DNA from: Candidatus Nanohaloarchaea archaeon
GTDB lineage: Archaea; Nanohalarchaeota; Nanosalinia; Nanosalinales; Nanosalinaceae
NCBI GenBank assembly: GCA_041639695.1
Contig: JBEQBQ010000004.1
Coordinates: 1 to 64,000 of the forward strand
Direction: 5' to 3'
Length of the DNA: 64,000 nucleotides
Below are positions 1 to 8,661 of the stretch, in pieces. Position 1 is the first letter of the stretch. The number at the start of each line of letters is the position of its first letter. The translations under genes and the position numbers were made by a program. Under the pieces are notes generated by a model. The model did no database searches. It was not told the DNA's origin and worked only from the letters and a program-made list of their open reading frames with translations.

Positions 1-2
1 CG

Positions 3-1022
3 TTAGCTGCTTCAGACTACTTCGTCAGGGTCGCGAACTTTATTGACGATCTGTTAGAACAGTTCTACGGCCTCGAACCTTACTACAACGTAGAAGAAAA
101 AGAAGACCTTGTAGGCTCTCTGGTAATCGGACTCGCGCCCCACACTTCAGGAGGAACAGTAGGACGCATAATAGGATTTACAAAAGCCAAAGGAATCTAC
201 GCACACCCATACTGGCACGCAGCGAAAAGACGTAACTGTGACGGGGATGAAGATGCTATTTTACTTCTTATGGACGGCTTACTGAACTTTTCACGCGATT
301 TCCTCCCTGATATGACGGGCGCGAGGACTATGGACGCACCTCTAATTCTTTCAACTGTTTTAAACGCTGATGAGGTTGACGACGAAGCATGGGCGACTGA
401 AACTATTGATGAGTATCCTCTAAGTTTCTACAACGAGACTTTGGAGTACAAGAAGCCGTGGGAGCTCGATACAGATATTGAGATTGGTGAAGATATTGTT
501 CACTCGGATGAGCCGTACAGACACGGTTACACCCATGAGACTTCTACTGTTGAGAACGGGCCTAACCAGTCAGAGTACGTTACTCTGGATGAGATGAGTG
601 AGAAAACTTCTTCGCAGCTCGGACTGGGCAGAAAGACGAAGGCGGTCGATGAGGATGCTGTAGCAGAACTATTGCTTAACAAACACTTTATTCCGGATAT
701 TAAGGGTAACTTGAGAGCGTTCTCTTCACAGAAGATGCGCTGTGTTGACTGCAACGAGAAGTTCCGTAGAATTCCTTTAACCAACCAGACTATCGCAGCC
801 TCAGGCAAACCTACGGCGGAGTGCCCGGAGTGCGACGGTAAAGTGCTGCTGACTATTTCGGAAGGTACTGTGAAGAAGTATATGCAGCCTGCGAAGGATA
901 TAATCGAGGACTTCGAGATCTCGCCGTACACAAGGCAGGAGATACTTATCTTGAACAAGACTATTCAGAGTCTTTTCGGTAAAGATGATAGGCAGAGCGG
1001 TTTGAAACAGTTCACTGGCTAA
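3..1022 (+). CDS. polC: DNA polymerase II (PolD) large subunit DP2, C-terminal part (5' truncated by window)
   Basis: Frame is open from position 3 and reads GLAPHTS...HAAKRRNCDGDED (catalytic motif), then MDAPL and a CxxC...CxxC Zn finger; no intein at RRN/CDGDED. Confidence 0.97.
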   Translation, partial: LAASDYFVRVANFIDDLLEQFYGLEPYYNVEEKEDLVGSLVIGLAPHTSGGTVGRIIGFTKAKGIYAHPYWHAAKRRNCDGDEDAILLLMDGLLNFSRDFLPDMTGARTMDAPLILSTVLNADEVDDEAWATETIDEYPLSFYNETLEYKKPWELDTDIEIGEDIVHSDEPYRHGYTHETSTVENGPNQSEYVTLDEMSEKTSSQLGLGRKTKAVDEDAVAELLLNKHFIPDIKGNLRAFSSQKMRCVDCNEKFRRIPLTNQTIAASGKPTAECPECDGKVLLTISEGTVKKYMQPAKDIIEDFEISPYTRQEILILNKTIQSLFGKDDRQSGLKQFTG

Positions 1023-1076
1023 AAGATAGGAATCATAAAGATGTCTGCATATTTCTTTCTTGTAAGGTGATCTATA

Positions 1077-1613
1077 ATGAACGGAGAAGTCGAGATTAAG
1101 GAGGTAATGACCGACGGGGTTATTGCAGTAGAGAAGGATAAAACTATAGTAGAGGCCGCAAGGCTGCTGAAAGAAGAGAACATCAGAGGCCTTGTGGTTG
1201 TTGACGATGGAGAAGCTGTAGGAGTAATTGTCTGCAGGGACATAGTCTATGATATTGTCTCACAGAACAAGGATCCGCGGGATGTAACGGTTGAGAACGT
1301 AATGTCCACAGATCTAATCGTTGCAGAGGAAGATGAAGTTCTGGATGAGGTTGCTATGGCGATGATAAGAAACGAAGTATCGAGAATCCCTGTTGTAAGA
1401 AACGACATGCTTGTCGGCATCCTTACACAGAGCGATATCATCCGTGCATGGCCTGGTTTCGCAGAGATCATGGAGGAAGAGCAGGAGCTTGATGCAGAAG
1501 CAACTCCAAGGCCTGAAAAGCAGTCAGGTACATGCGAATCGTGCGAGAACTACTCCGAGAACCTTATGGAGTCCGAGGGAATGTTGATGTGTCCTGAGTG
1601 TAGAGGACGCTGA
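1077..1613 (+). CDS. CBS-pair domain protein with C-terminal zinc ribbon
   Basis: Two CBS repeats (VMT...GLVVVDD..VGVI; VMS...RIPVV...LVGILTQSDII), then CESC...CPEC. Confidence 0.9.
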   Translation: MNGEVEIKEVMTDGVIAVEKDKTIVEAARLLKEENIRGLVVVDDGEAVGVIVCRDIVYDIVSQNKDPRDVTVENVMSTDLIVAEEDEVLDEVAMAMIRNEVSRIPVVRNDMLVGILTQSDIIRAWPGFAEIMEEEQELDAEATPRPEKQSGTCESCENYSENLMESEGMLMCPECRGR

Positions 1614-1685
1614 AACAGTTCCCACCTTATTTCTTCTTTATTACAGCGAGTGGTTTTTTATCCAACTCAAGACTATTCTAGATTT

Positions 1686-2129
1686 ATGGACATAACCGAG
1701 GAGGCGGTACGCCGGCGACAGACAATAGTGCTTGATGATCCAGAGTCCGCCTACCCCGAGTTAAAGGATCTCTTGGAACGTAGAATGTCCTTTGACAAGG
1801 TAGTGGAAGAAAAGTACTACCACGATATTGACGAGGGAACCGTAAGATCAAGAATTAATGCAGTTGAAGAATTCGACTTCCATACTGTAATGGAGTTAGA
1901 GATATTTCTGGTGATTAGAAAAGATTCAAGAGAGCTAGATGTCCAGGTCAAAGGAAGCCTTGTAACCCACTACTCAACAGAAGGCTGGAAAAACAACCTC
2001 TGGTACTACGCATATAGAGCTCTCTACGACAAGTTCCTGTACGGTGAGGTAAGACATGAGTGGGAGCATGCTGTTGAGGAAAAAGTCGAAGAACTCATGA
2101 CAAGACTCAGACAGACGGTGGAGGCCTAA
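1686..2129 (+). CDS. Hypothetical protein, paralog 1 of a three-gene tandem
   Basis: ATG at 1686 preferred over GTG at 1650; DDPESAYPELKDLL matches EDPARIYRGLKDLL in the next gene. Confidence 0.75.
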   Translation: MDITEEAVRRRQTIVLDDPESAYPELKDLLERRMSFDKVVEEKYYHDIDEGTVRSRINAVEEFDFHTVMELEIFLVIRKDSRELDVQVKGSLVTHYSTEGWKNNLWYYAYRALYDKFLYGEVRHEWEHAVEEKVEELMTRLRQTVEA

Positions 2130-2132
2130 AAA

Positions 2133-2753
2133 ATGACTTTGTTCAGGGAAGACGTAGGTACAAAAGAGGATCACTTCTTCGTTAAAGAAGATCCTGCAAG
2201 AATCTACAGAGGTCTTAAGGACCTGCTTGTCGAGGAGTTTGACATCGACAGGATTGAAGAAGGCAAGATGGAATTCAACGTGGCTAAGCCTAAGGACAAG
2301 ATAAGGATGCACGCTTTCAAAGAGAAATCGCCACATACAACACTTTATTTTAACTTAAGTTTCCGTGCGAAGAGGCCTAAAGATATTTACGAAATGGAGA
2401 GACCTGATGATGTACATAAGGCGCGTGTAAAGACTTCTGCAAAGGTTTTAACGGTTTACCCGGGCGGCGCACCAATACCGTGGGAGCCAGGAGGATTGAA
2501 ACAAGATCCGTACGATAACTGGGAGAAGCCAGGTCTTTCCCGGGAGCACAAGTCGCGTTTCCAGAAAACCAAGTTATACGACATACTTACCGGTATCTGG
2601 TACCACAAGTTTTACTCCAAAGAGATCCACATGTACGAAGAGGAGGCAGAAGAGATAATGGTGCATATTCAAAACCTGATGAGAGAAAAGTTCGGGGTCG
2701 AGAAAACGATTCACCGCTCCGGATCATCGCATTATAGCCCTCCTTGGAGCTGA
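2133..2753 (+). CDS. Hypothetical protein, paralog 2 of tandem
   Basis: 206-aa ORF starting 3 nt after paralog 1; shared N- and C-terminal motifs. Confidence 0.8.
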   Translation: MTLFREDVGTKEDHFFVKEDPARIYRGLKDLLVEEFDIDRIEEGKMEFNVAKPKDKIRMHAFKEKSPHTTLYFNLSFRAKRPKDIYEMERPDDVHKARVKTSAKVLTVYPGGAPIPWEPGGLKQDPYDNWEKPGLSREHKSRFQKTKLYDILTGIWYHKFYSKEIHMYEEEAEEIMVHIQNLMREKFGVEKTIHRSGSSHYSPPWS

Positions 2754-2761
2754 ATTAATTA

Positions 2762-3460
2762 ATGAGCGAAGAACCTCCATTTTACAAGAAACTTCTCGGA
2801 TGGCTCCACGCTCCGGGAACATACAGTATAGGCGAGGGTGGAGAGTGGGAAGAACACAAGTTCGCTGAAGGCGATGATATTTGGAGCGATGTACACATCT
2901 TCAACGACTGGATGGAGATACAGAACCGTGTAGAGTGGTACGAATCGCCTAACATCCCTTCTATTTACGAGGAGCACAAGTATATCTTCAAACAAAACAT
3001 GGAGATGGGGCGCCCTATCGAAAAGTTCTTCATGCAGAACAAGGACTCGAACGACTTCCGTTCCACTATGATAATTACAGGTGACCTGCCTAGCAACGGC
3101 GGAGGCTTCAGCTCAAGCCTCAAAATTAAGACCCGGCTAAGAACTAGGACACCTCCGTCCGGAGAAAACGAATTCGGAGGTATCGAATATCTGGTTAGAA
3201 CCTACATGAAGTATGACATGCCGCAGGGAATCCAGTTTCTTCCAAGATTGGTTACAAGGCCGCTTAACAAGTTCTTCCGCTGGGCGTTCATGTTCTACGT
3301 AGGAGAGGAAAGAATCGACTACGACGGCGAGTATGCACGTGAAAAAACCAGGGAGTACTTCCAGTACCTAAGGAAGTATCATGGAGAGGAACCTGTACAG
3401 ACAAAAACACGTCAGGCCGAGTTCAAACCTGTTCCAGAGGAAGGAGTGTTCTTCCAGTAA
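2762..3460 (+). CDS. Hypothetical protein, probable paralog 3 of tandem
   Basis: 232-aa ORF with operonic spacing and a similar aromatic-rich C-terminal helix. Confidence 0.75.
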   Translation: MSEEPPFYKKLLGWLHAPGTYSIGEGGEWEEHKFAEGDDIWSDVHIFNDWMEIQNRVEWYESPNIPSIYEEHKYIFKQNMEMGRPIEKFFMQNKDSNDFRSTMIITGDLPSNGGGFSSSLKIKTRLRTRTPPSGENEFGGIEYLVRTYMKYDMPQGIQFLPRLVTRPLNKFFRWAFMFYVGEERIDYDGEYAREKTREYFQYLRKYHGEEPVQTKTRQAEFKPVPEEGVFFQ

Positions 3461-3500
3461 CCCGTATTATTTAACAGTTCGAACTGAGTCTTTACCCATA

Positions 3501-3570
3501 GGCTGTCCTGCGGTCAGCGGACGAGACCTTAAGGGACGGGGATGACCGCCCGTGTTACAGGGCAGCCACA
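3501..3570 (+). ncRNA. Probable H/ACA box guide RNA for 23S rRNA helix 69 (U1915, E. coli numbering)
   Basis: 9-bp basal stem GGCUGUCCU/AGGGCAGCC followed directly by ACA (3568-3570); pocket strands GGUCA and GUUAC complement GUAAC-UA-UGACC; 14 nt from pocket top to ACA; GAUGA K-turn-like motif; TATA-like TATTTAA ~30 nt upstream. Confidence 0.75.
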
Positions 3571-3574
3571 TACT

Positions 3575-3838
3575 ATGACCACTGTCAAACTAAAAGTAGA
3601 GCCTGATTCGAACGAATTCAAGGTGGAGAACGGCTTCATGCCTAAAATCTATCTCGAGAATCGGGCTGAAAACGGCAGGGCTAACGCAGAACTCAGGTCC
3701 CGGCTTGAAGAAATCCTGGGTGAAAGACCTGGAATAGTTTCCGGCACAAAATCAAGGAGAAAAAAATTGAAGCTCGAGATGAGCGAGCAAAAATTCAACG
3801 AAAAGATCGAAGAGGTTTCTAAAAAATGGGAAAAGTAG
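3575..3838 (+). CDS. DUF167 (YggU/UPF0235) family protein
   Basis: VKLKVEP...AENGRANAEL...IVSGTKSRRK signature; ATG at 3575 avoids overlap with the RNA. Confidence 0.85.
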   Translation: MTTVKLKVEPDSNEFKVENGFMPKIYLENRAENGRANAELRSRLEEILGERPGIVSGTKSRRKKLKLEMSEQKFNEKIEEVSKKWEK

Positions 3839-4962
3839 CACAGAACTCCGTAAAGTACATGGTAGAAGCAAAGCTTGAATCAACAGGTCTGGTAGAAAAA
3901 CCGGATATAGTTGGAGCTATATTCGGGCAGACAGAAGGTCTTCTCGGGGACGAACTAGATCTAAGAGAGCTTCAGGAGAGAGGAAGAATTGGAAGAATCG
4001 ATGTTCAAGTAAACGAGGAGGAGGGTAGGTCCACAGCCGAAATTAAAATCCCTTCATCACTTAACGCCACAGAGACAGCTCTTCTAGGGGCTTCTCTTGA
4101 AACAATTGAAAGAGTAGGTCCAACAAACGCCGATATAACCGTTAAAGAGATAAGAGACGAAAGAACAACGAAAAGAGATTACATAGTTAAGAGGGCCAAA
4201 CAGTTGCTCGAAGAGATGCAGGACGACACGCCGGAGAAAGGTAAGATAACGGAAGAGGTCAAGCAGGAGGTAAGAACCACAGAACTAACGGAATACAAAG
4301 GTTTCCAAGCCGGTCCGGAAGCTCATTCTTCTGAAGAAATAATAATTGTTGAAGGTCGTGCAGATCTACTAAACCTTCTTTCAAACGGCGTAAGAAATGC
4401 TATAGCTGTTGGAGGAACATCTATTCCGGACAATATCGAACTTCTTCCTGAAGAGAAAAAAGTTACTCCGTTTCTTGATGGGGATCGAGGCGGAGACTTG
4501 ATACTGAAGGAGCTTGAAGAAAAATCTTCTCCGGACTATGTGGCACGGGCACCTGAAAATAAAGAAGTTGAGGAACTGGGAAAGGAAGAGATCTACAAAG
4601 CCCTGAGAGATAAAGAGCCGTTCCGATATGCTGAAGAGCCTGAAAGCGATGAGGTTGACGAAGAAATTCTTGAAAGTCTTGGGAAACATGTCCAGGAAGT
4701 TATAGGCACTCGTGCGGCGTACATAATCGGGTCGGAGATTGAGGTTGAGGAAAAGATGCCTCTCGACAAGCTGGAGGAGGCAGACTCAGAGACCTGTAAA
4801 GCCATAGTTATCGATGGTGAGATAGATGATTCAAAGGTGGATGAGGCAGAAAGTCTTGGAGCCGACTTTATTGTAGGTATGTCGCGTTCCGGTTACGCTA
4901 ACTCAAGTCAGCTCCGTATACTTACAAAGGATGAGGTTAAAATGCCTCAAAAACCTGAATAA
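3826..4962 (+). CDS. dnaG: Archaeal DnaG (primase-like TOPRIM protein, exosome-associated)
   Basis: VEKPDIVGAIFGQTEGLLG..LDLRELQ..GRIGRI; TOPRIM IIVEGRAD and FLDGDRGG. Confidence 0.96.
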   Translation: MGKVAQNSVKYMVEAKLESTGLVEKPDIVGAIFGQTEGLLGDELDLRELQERGRIGRIDVQVNEEEGRSTAEIKIPSSLNATETALLGASLETIERVGPTNADITVKEIRDERTTKRDYIVKRAKQLLEEMQDDTPEKGKITEEVKQEVRTTELTEYKGFQAGPEAHSSEEIIIVEGRADLLNLLSNGVRNAIAVGGTSIPDNIELLPEEKKVTPFLDGDRGGDLILKELEEKSSPDYVARAPENKEVEELGKEEIYKALRDKEPFRYAEEPESDEVDEEILESLGKHVQEVIGTRAAYIIGSEIEVEEKMPLDKLEEADSETCKAIVIDGEIDDSKVDEAESLGADFIVGMSRSGYANSSQLRILTKDEVKMPQKPE

Positions 4963-5459
4963 TCTTCACCTTGTTCATCCTTCATGTTTTTGTAAAGCTC
5001 GGTTAACTCAAGGCCTATGATGCCTAGGGCAGGAATAACTACTAGCAGTATTAATCCAATAGATGAGCTAATCCATTCTGCCACGTAACCTAGATAGGGC
5101 ACGCTATAGTTTACTTCGCCTATAAGTTGTTCGGCTTGTACTCGTCCCGGATCTGGTTCAGGGTTGGCATCTCCTTTGGTTTTGAAGCTGTACTCCGGAT
5201 CCTCTGAGACGTTTACCACACGGTGTGTCACGGTGTTACCTGAGCCTTGAGAGAATGTTATGACGTCACCTTTCTCGATCTGTGAGGGCGGTGTGTCTGA
5301 AACCCAGATTATTGATCCGGTTGATATGGCCGGTTCCATCGATCCCGAAGTCACCACGAAAGTCTGTGAAGTCCCGATCAAAGAAGGAAAAGCTAGGGCT
5401 AGGAACGGCATTACAAGTATCAGGCCTGCGATCGAAACCGCAATATGCTCTGGTTTCAT
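4947..5459 (-). CDS. sipW: Signal peptidase I, SipW/Sec11 type
   Basis: SGSMEP catalytic Ser, THRV His, KTKGDAN...D; N- and C-terminal membrane helices; next to a SipW-class substrate. Confidence 0.9.
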   Translation of the reverse strand: MKPEHIAVSIAGLILVMPFLALAFPSLIGTSQTFVVTSGSMEPAISTGSIIWVSDTPPSQIEKGDVITFSQGSGNTVTHRVVNVSEDPEYSFKTKGDANPEPDPGRVQAEQLIGEVNYSVPYLGYVAEWISSSIGLILLVVIPALGIIGLELTELYKNMKDEQGEDYSGF

Positions 5460-5482
5460 GATAAAAAGAAAAGAAGAGGGAG

Positions 5483-6889
5483 CTAGTTGGACGATACTGT
5501 AATTGGCTCGTCCATTTCTAGCTCGATTCTTTCAGGGTTTTCAGAGTCTCCGGAGAGAATTTCCCAGGTCTCTAAGTCACCCTGGTAGTACTGGTTGTAG
5601 AGGGGAGCTTCCTCGTTGAAACGTGGTTCGATCGTGAACTCGAAATCGTTTCCAAGTCCGTTAAATGCTCCGCCATCTGTTCCTCCGTCTCCCCAGGTCC
5701 AGTTAACTTTGTGGGGTGAGGAATCTACGTCCCAGCGGTCGTAGTTGCTTCCCGATAGCTCGCCGTTATCTTTCCTGTAGAGGTCGTCCTTGACGTCCCA
5801 GTTTCCATCACCAAGGTTTTGAATGGTGAAGCTTACTGAGCCGCCGCCGTTGCCGGAGTAGCTGTTTGCCTTCCCATGTACAGCAACTAGGCTTAGGCCG
5901 TCAGTTCCGTTGTACAGCATTAGAACAGATCCATCTTCTTTCTGAAGGTTGAATGTTCCTTTGGATCCCCAGTTGAAGTTTCCTTCGCTGATAGCTCCGT
6001 TTTCCTCGGTTTGCTGGTCTTCAGGTAGCTGGTACTCGTAGAATTCTTCGACTGTCTGGTCGCCGTTGATTGCTGTTACTTCGTAGGTTTTGTCTCCCTG
6101 TGTTACTGTGTAGTTTGTACTGGCGTTGTAATTTGCGGTGTCGTTTCCTTCTTCAGGTTGCTCAGGTTCTTCAGGGTTTTCTGGTTCTTCTGGCTTGTCG
6201 TCACCTGAGTTCCATGGGTTGTTCGGGTTCTCGTTGTGTCTCTTCTGTTCTGTGTAGAACTTGAAGTCGTACTTGAGTAGGTCTGACTGGGCTTCATTTC
6301 CTACATGTTTTGGAAGCCACCATTCTACTCCCAGGTGTCTGTTTGTCTCGGAAGCTTCGCTGTTCCAGAACTCCTGTGCGAGGAAATGTCCTTCTCCGAG
6401 ATTGCTCTCGATCATTTCCTGTCCTGTTCCGTAGAACAGTGTTTTCTCGTCTTCCTGTTTGATTCCGTCTCCGTCGTCGTACCAGAGTCTGAACTTGATT
6501 TTCGAGTCAAGCTCTCCATCTGAATCTGTGTCTCCAACCTGTCTTTCTGGTTCGTTGATCCCGTTTTCCTTGTCTGCTTTCTCTTTAATTCTCATGAATA
6601 GGTGTCCGGGGTTGTCATAGATTCGGAGTCCGACCTTGGCTTTTCCGTGGTCGCCGGGTTTGATGTCGGATAGTCCGAAGATAGGTCCGGGATTGTCTGT
6701 GTAGTTGGAGCTTTCTACTTTCTCTCCGTTGTACTTCTTCATCCAGTTCACCTGTAGATCGAGCGAACCGGTCTGAAACGTGTTGTCGTGGCTGGTCTCT
6801 GTGTCGTTGAAGTAGGCGGATGTTCCTGCGCCCGCAGTTACTGCTGCCAGTCCTACGATGATAAGCGATGTTAAAATCTGTTTTTTCAT
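5483..6889 (-). CDS. TasA/CalY (camelysin-like) protein with SipW-cognate signal peptide and an extra C-terminal domain
   Basis: GAGTSAYFNDTE...NTFQTGSLDL, DIKPGD, GNEAQSD...F.F..EQ; PE-rich linker, then a second beta-rich domain. Confidence 0.85.
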   Translation of the reverse strand: MKKQILTSLIIVGLAAVTAGAGTSAYFNDTETSHDNTFQTGSLDLQVNWMKKYNGEKVESSNYTDNPGPIFGLSDIKPGDHGKAKVGLRIYDNPGHLFMRIKEKADKENGINEPERQVGDTDSDGELDSKIKFRLWYDDGDGIKQEDEKTLFYGTGQEMIESNLGEGHFLAQEFWNSEASETNRHLGVEWWLPKHVGNEAQSDLLKYDFKFYTEQKRHNENPNNPWNSGDDKPEEPENPEEPEQPEEGNDTANYNASTNYTVTQGDKTYEVTAINGDQTVEEFYEYQLPEDQQTEENGAISEGNFNWGSKGTFNLQKEDGSVLMLYNGTDGLSLVAVHGKANSYSGNGGGSVSFTIQNLGDGNWDVKDDLYRKDNGELSGSNYDRWDVDSSPHKVNWTWGDGGTDGGAFNGLGNDFEFTIEPRFNEEAPLYNQYYQGDLETWEILSGDSENPERIELEMDEPITVSSN

Positions 6890-6932
6890 AGTGTGAAAGT
6901 CACCTCTAGTTGTGTTTAATTCTGGTTTTGAG

Positions 6933-7006
6933 AGTTGTGGTCGCTGTAAATCCTTATGCTCTGTCTAATGCTGGCGACAAAGCACAATAAGGCCTAGACC
7001 ACAACT
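6933..7006. promoter_or_regulatory. 10-bp perfect inverted repeat upstream of the TasA-like gene
   Basis: AGTTGTGGTC (6933-6942) / GACCACAACT (6997-7006). Confidence 0.4.
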
Positions 7007-7175
7007 GTGAAGTTTGAAAATGTCTTATAATACCTTTTTTACCTTCCAAAGGTTGTGTAGAACCAAAGACAGAGTTTTACAGCAATATATCGCATTAGAT
7101 GTGTAATAATGTCTTTCATGAGAAGATTACAATATTTTGTGGGGGAAAAGCTACAAGGTGGTTCTGAAAATTTTT

Positions 7176-7493
7176 TTACGCCCTCCTGATGATGGAGTTC
7201 TCGCCGCCGGCTTTCTCTATCTCGTCGTAGACTTCCTTGAAAGCCTTAGCGATCCGGTCTCCATCATCCGTAAGTTCAACGATTTTCTTTCGGCCTTCTC
7301 TATTGAATTTTACAAGGCCGTGTTCTTCCATGTTCTGGAGTACTTTTACGGTGTGGGAGTAGGTTGCATCCACCTCTTTTGAGAGCTGGAGGGCGTAGTT
7401 TTCGTCCCTTTGCATCCGGATTTTCACAATTATTTTCACCGGCTTGTTCTTGAGGAACAGTTTCTCTATCTCTTCTTGGTCGCTCATCGTCAC
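7176..7493 (-). CDS. Winged-helix transcription regulator (MarR/ArsR-like)
   Basis: LSKEVDATYSHTVKVL..MEEHGLV...GRKKIVELTDDG. Confidence 0.85.
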   Translation of the reverse strand: MTMSDQEEIEKLFLKNKPVKIIVKIRMQRDENYALQLSKEVDATYSHTVKVLQNMEEHGLVKFNREGRKKIVELTDDGDRIAKAFKEVYDEIEKAGGENSIIRRA

Positions 7494-7600
7494 AGGGAGT
7501 AAATACCCTGCTTAGACCTTATTAAACATGCTATGCTTTCTTTCTATTGCTAGAGTATACTAGTGGGATCCTACAAACCTTGTAGTTTACTACAAGATTG

Positions 7601-7885
7601 TTATAGGCTCTGTTTCTCAATCTGGTTGTCCTCAAAACAGTTGATAAGCTCTATAAAGTGGTCTGCGTACTCTTCGCCTTTGCCCGTTAAAGTGAGAATT
7701 TTCTTTCTACCCTTCTTCTCAGTCTCAATCAGGTCGTGATCCTCCATTCTAGAAAGAATCTTAACGGTATGGGCGTAAGTTGTGTCAATCTTCTGGGAAA
7801 TTAGGCTTCCATAGACCTCATCTCTGTGTTTCCGTATTGTAACTAATGCCATAACTGGTTTTTCGTTCAAAAAGAAGTCTTTCAT
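7601..7885 (-). CDS. Winged-helix transcription regulator, paralog of 7176..7493
   Basis: FFLNEKPV...IDTTYAHTVKIL...GRKKILTLTGKG; ATG at 7885. Confidence 0.85.
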   Translation of the reverse strand: MKDFFLNEKPVMALVTIRKHRDEVYGSLISQKIDTTYAHTVKILSRMEDHDLIETEKKGRKKILTLTGKGEEYADHFIELINCFEDNQIEKQSL

Positions 7886-7889
7886 AGCT

Positions 7890-8537
7890 CTAAGAACCTC
7901 CGCTAGTTGTTTTGTCCATGATTTTCTTCGCACTTGCATCGTTCTCGACTACCATGTCGTCCTCACGATGTTCCTTTGAGATGCCCAGGGTGACTGAAGC
8001 AACGTTCTCTGCGCCTTCCTCGTAGAGTCTGTTGGTGGCGTGAAGGAGAGAGGTGCCAGAAATAGCAATATTGTCTACCACAATCACGTTCTTGCCCACG
8101 ATATCCTCTGTTACATCGATGGTTCCCTCCACGTTCACTATCTTCTTTCGGGGAGATTCCAGTTCGTGGTTCTCCTCTATTGTCTCGTTTCTTCTCAGAA
8201 CTTGGCGATATTCGAGATCCATGTCCTCAACGATGTCTTTGATTAGTTTCTGCATGTGCGGGTTTACTTCGCCTTTCACGTGTGTTGGGTACATGGTTAC
8301 GATGTCCCAGTCTCCGTTGTTGAAGTGCTGGCTGAAAAGCTTAGTCAGGCGTTCGTTGAACTCTTTCTCTATTTCTTCGTCGCCGTAAACCTGGAACCAG
8401 ACCTGTTTCCTGGAGAATTCGTCTTCTCCGCCGTTTTCACGTGTGTAGTAGTCGAGTGAGAATATTTTAGCCGGGTTTTCGTAAAATTCTGACTCTGCGA
8501 TTCTGTAGAGATGATTGCCTTCGTCACCAACCGTCAT
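7890..8537 (-). CDS. Type I phosphoribosyltransferase-fold protein (ComF-like)
   Basis: PRPP-loop GKNVIVVDNIAISGTSL; YPTH and LRR...R..NV motifs. Confidence 0.75.
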   Translation of the reverse strand: MTVGDEGNHLYRIAESEFYENPAKIFSLDYYTRENGGEDEFSRKQVWFQVYGDEEIEKEFNERLTKLFSQHFNNGDWDIVTMYPTHVKGEVNPHMQKLIKDIVEDMDLEYRQVLRRNETIEENHELESPRKKIVNVEGTIDVTEDIVGKNVIVVDNIAISGTSLLHATNRLYEEGAENVASVTLGISKEHREDDMVVENDASAKKIMDKTTSGGS

Positions 8538-8661
8538 GGTTCAAGATATTTGCCTATTTTATTTTAAGGATGTATATTGTATCGGGCAATCATGCGGTCT
8601 TTCAACGTCTTAGAAGGCTATATGAGGTATGAGAAAGGGGGGTAGATAACCCCCTATGTCA

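Noticed and set aside
220-260. Intein in PolD DP2
   Set aside because: RRN-CDGDED is contiguous, so the site is empty
3501-3568. tRNA (7-bp terminal stem ending in CCA)
   Set aside because: No T-arm or anticodon arm; H/ACA geometry fits better
3542-3574. N-terminal extension of the DUF167 ORF
   Set aside because: Overlaps the guide RNA; family similarity starts after ATG 3575
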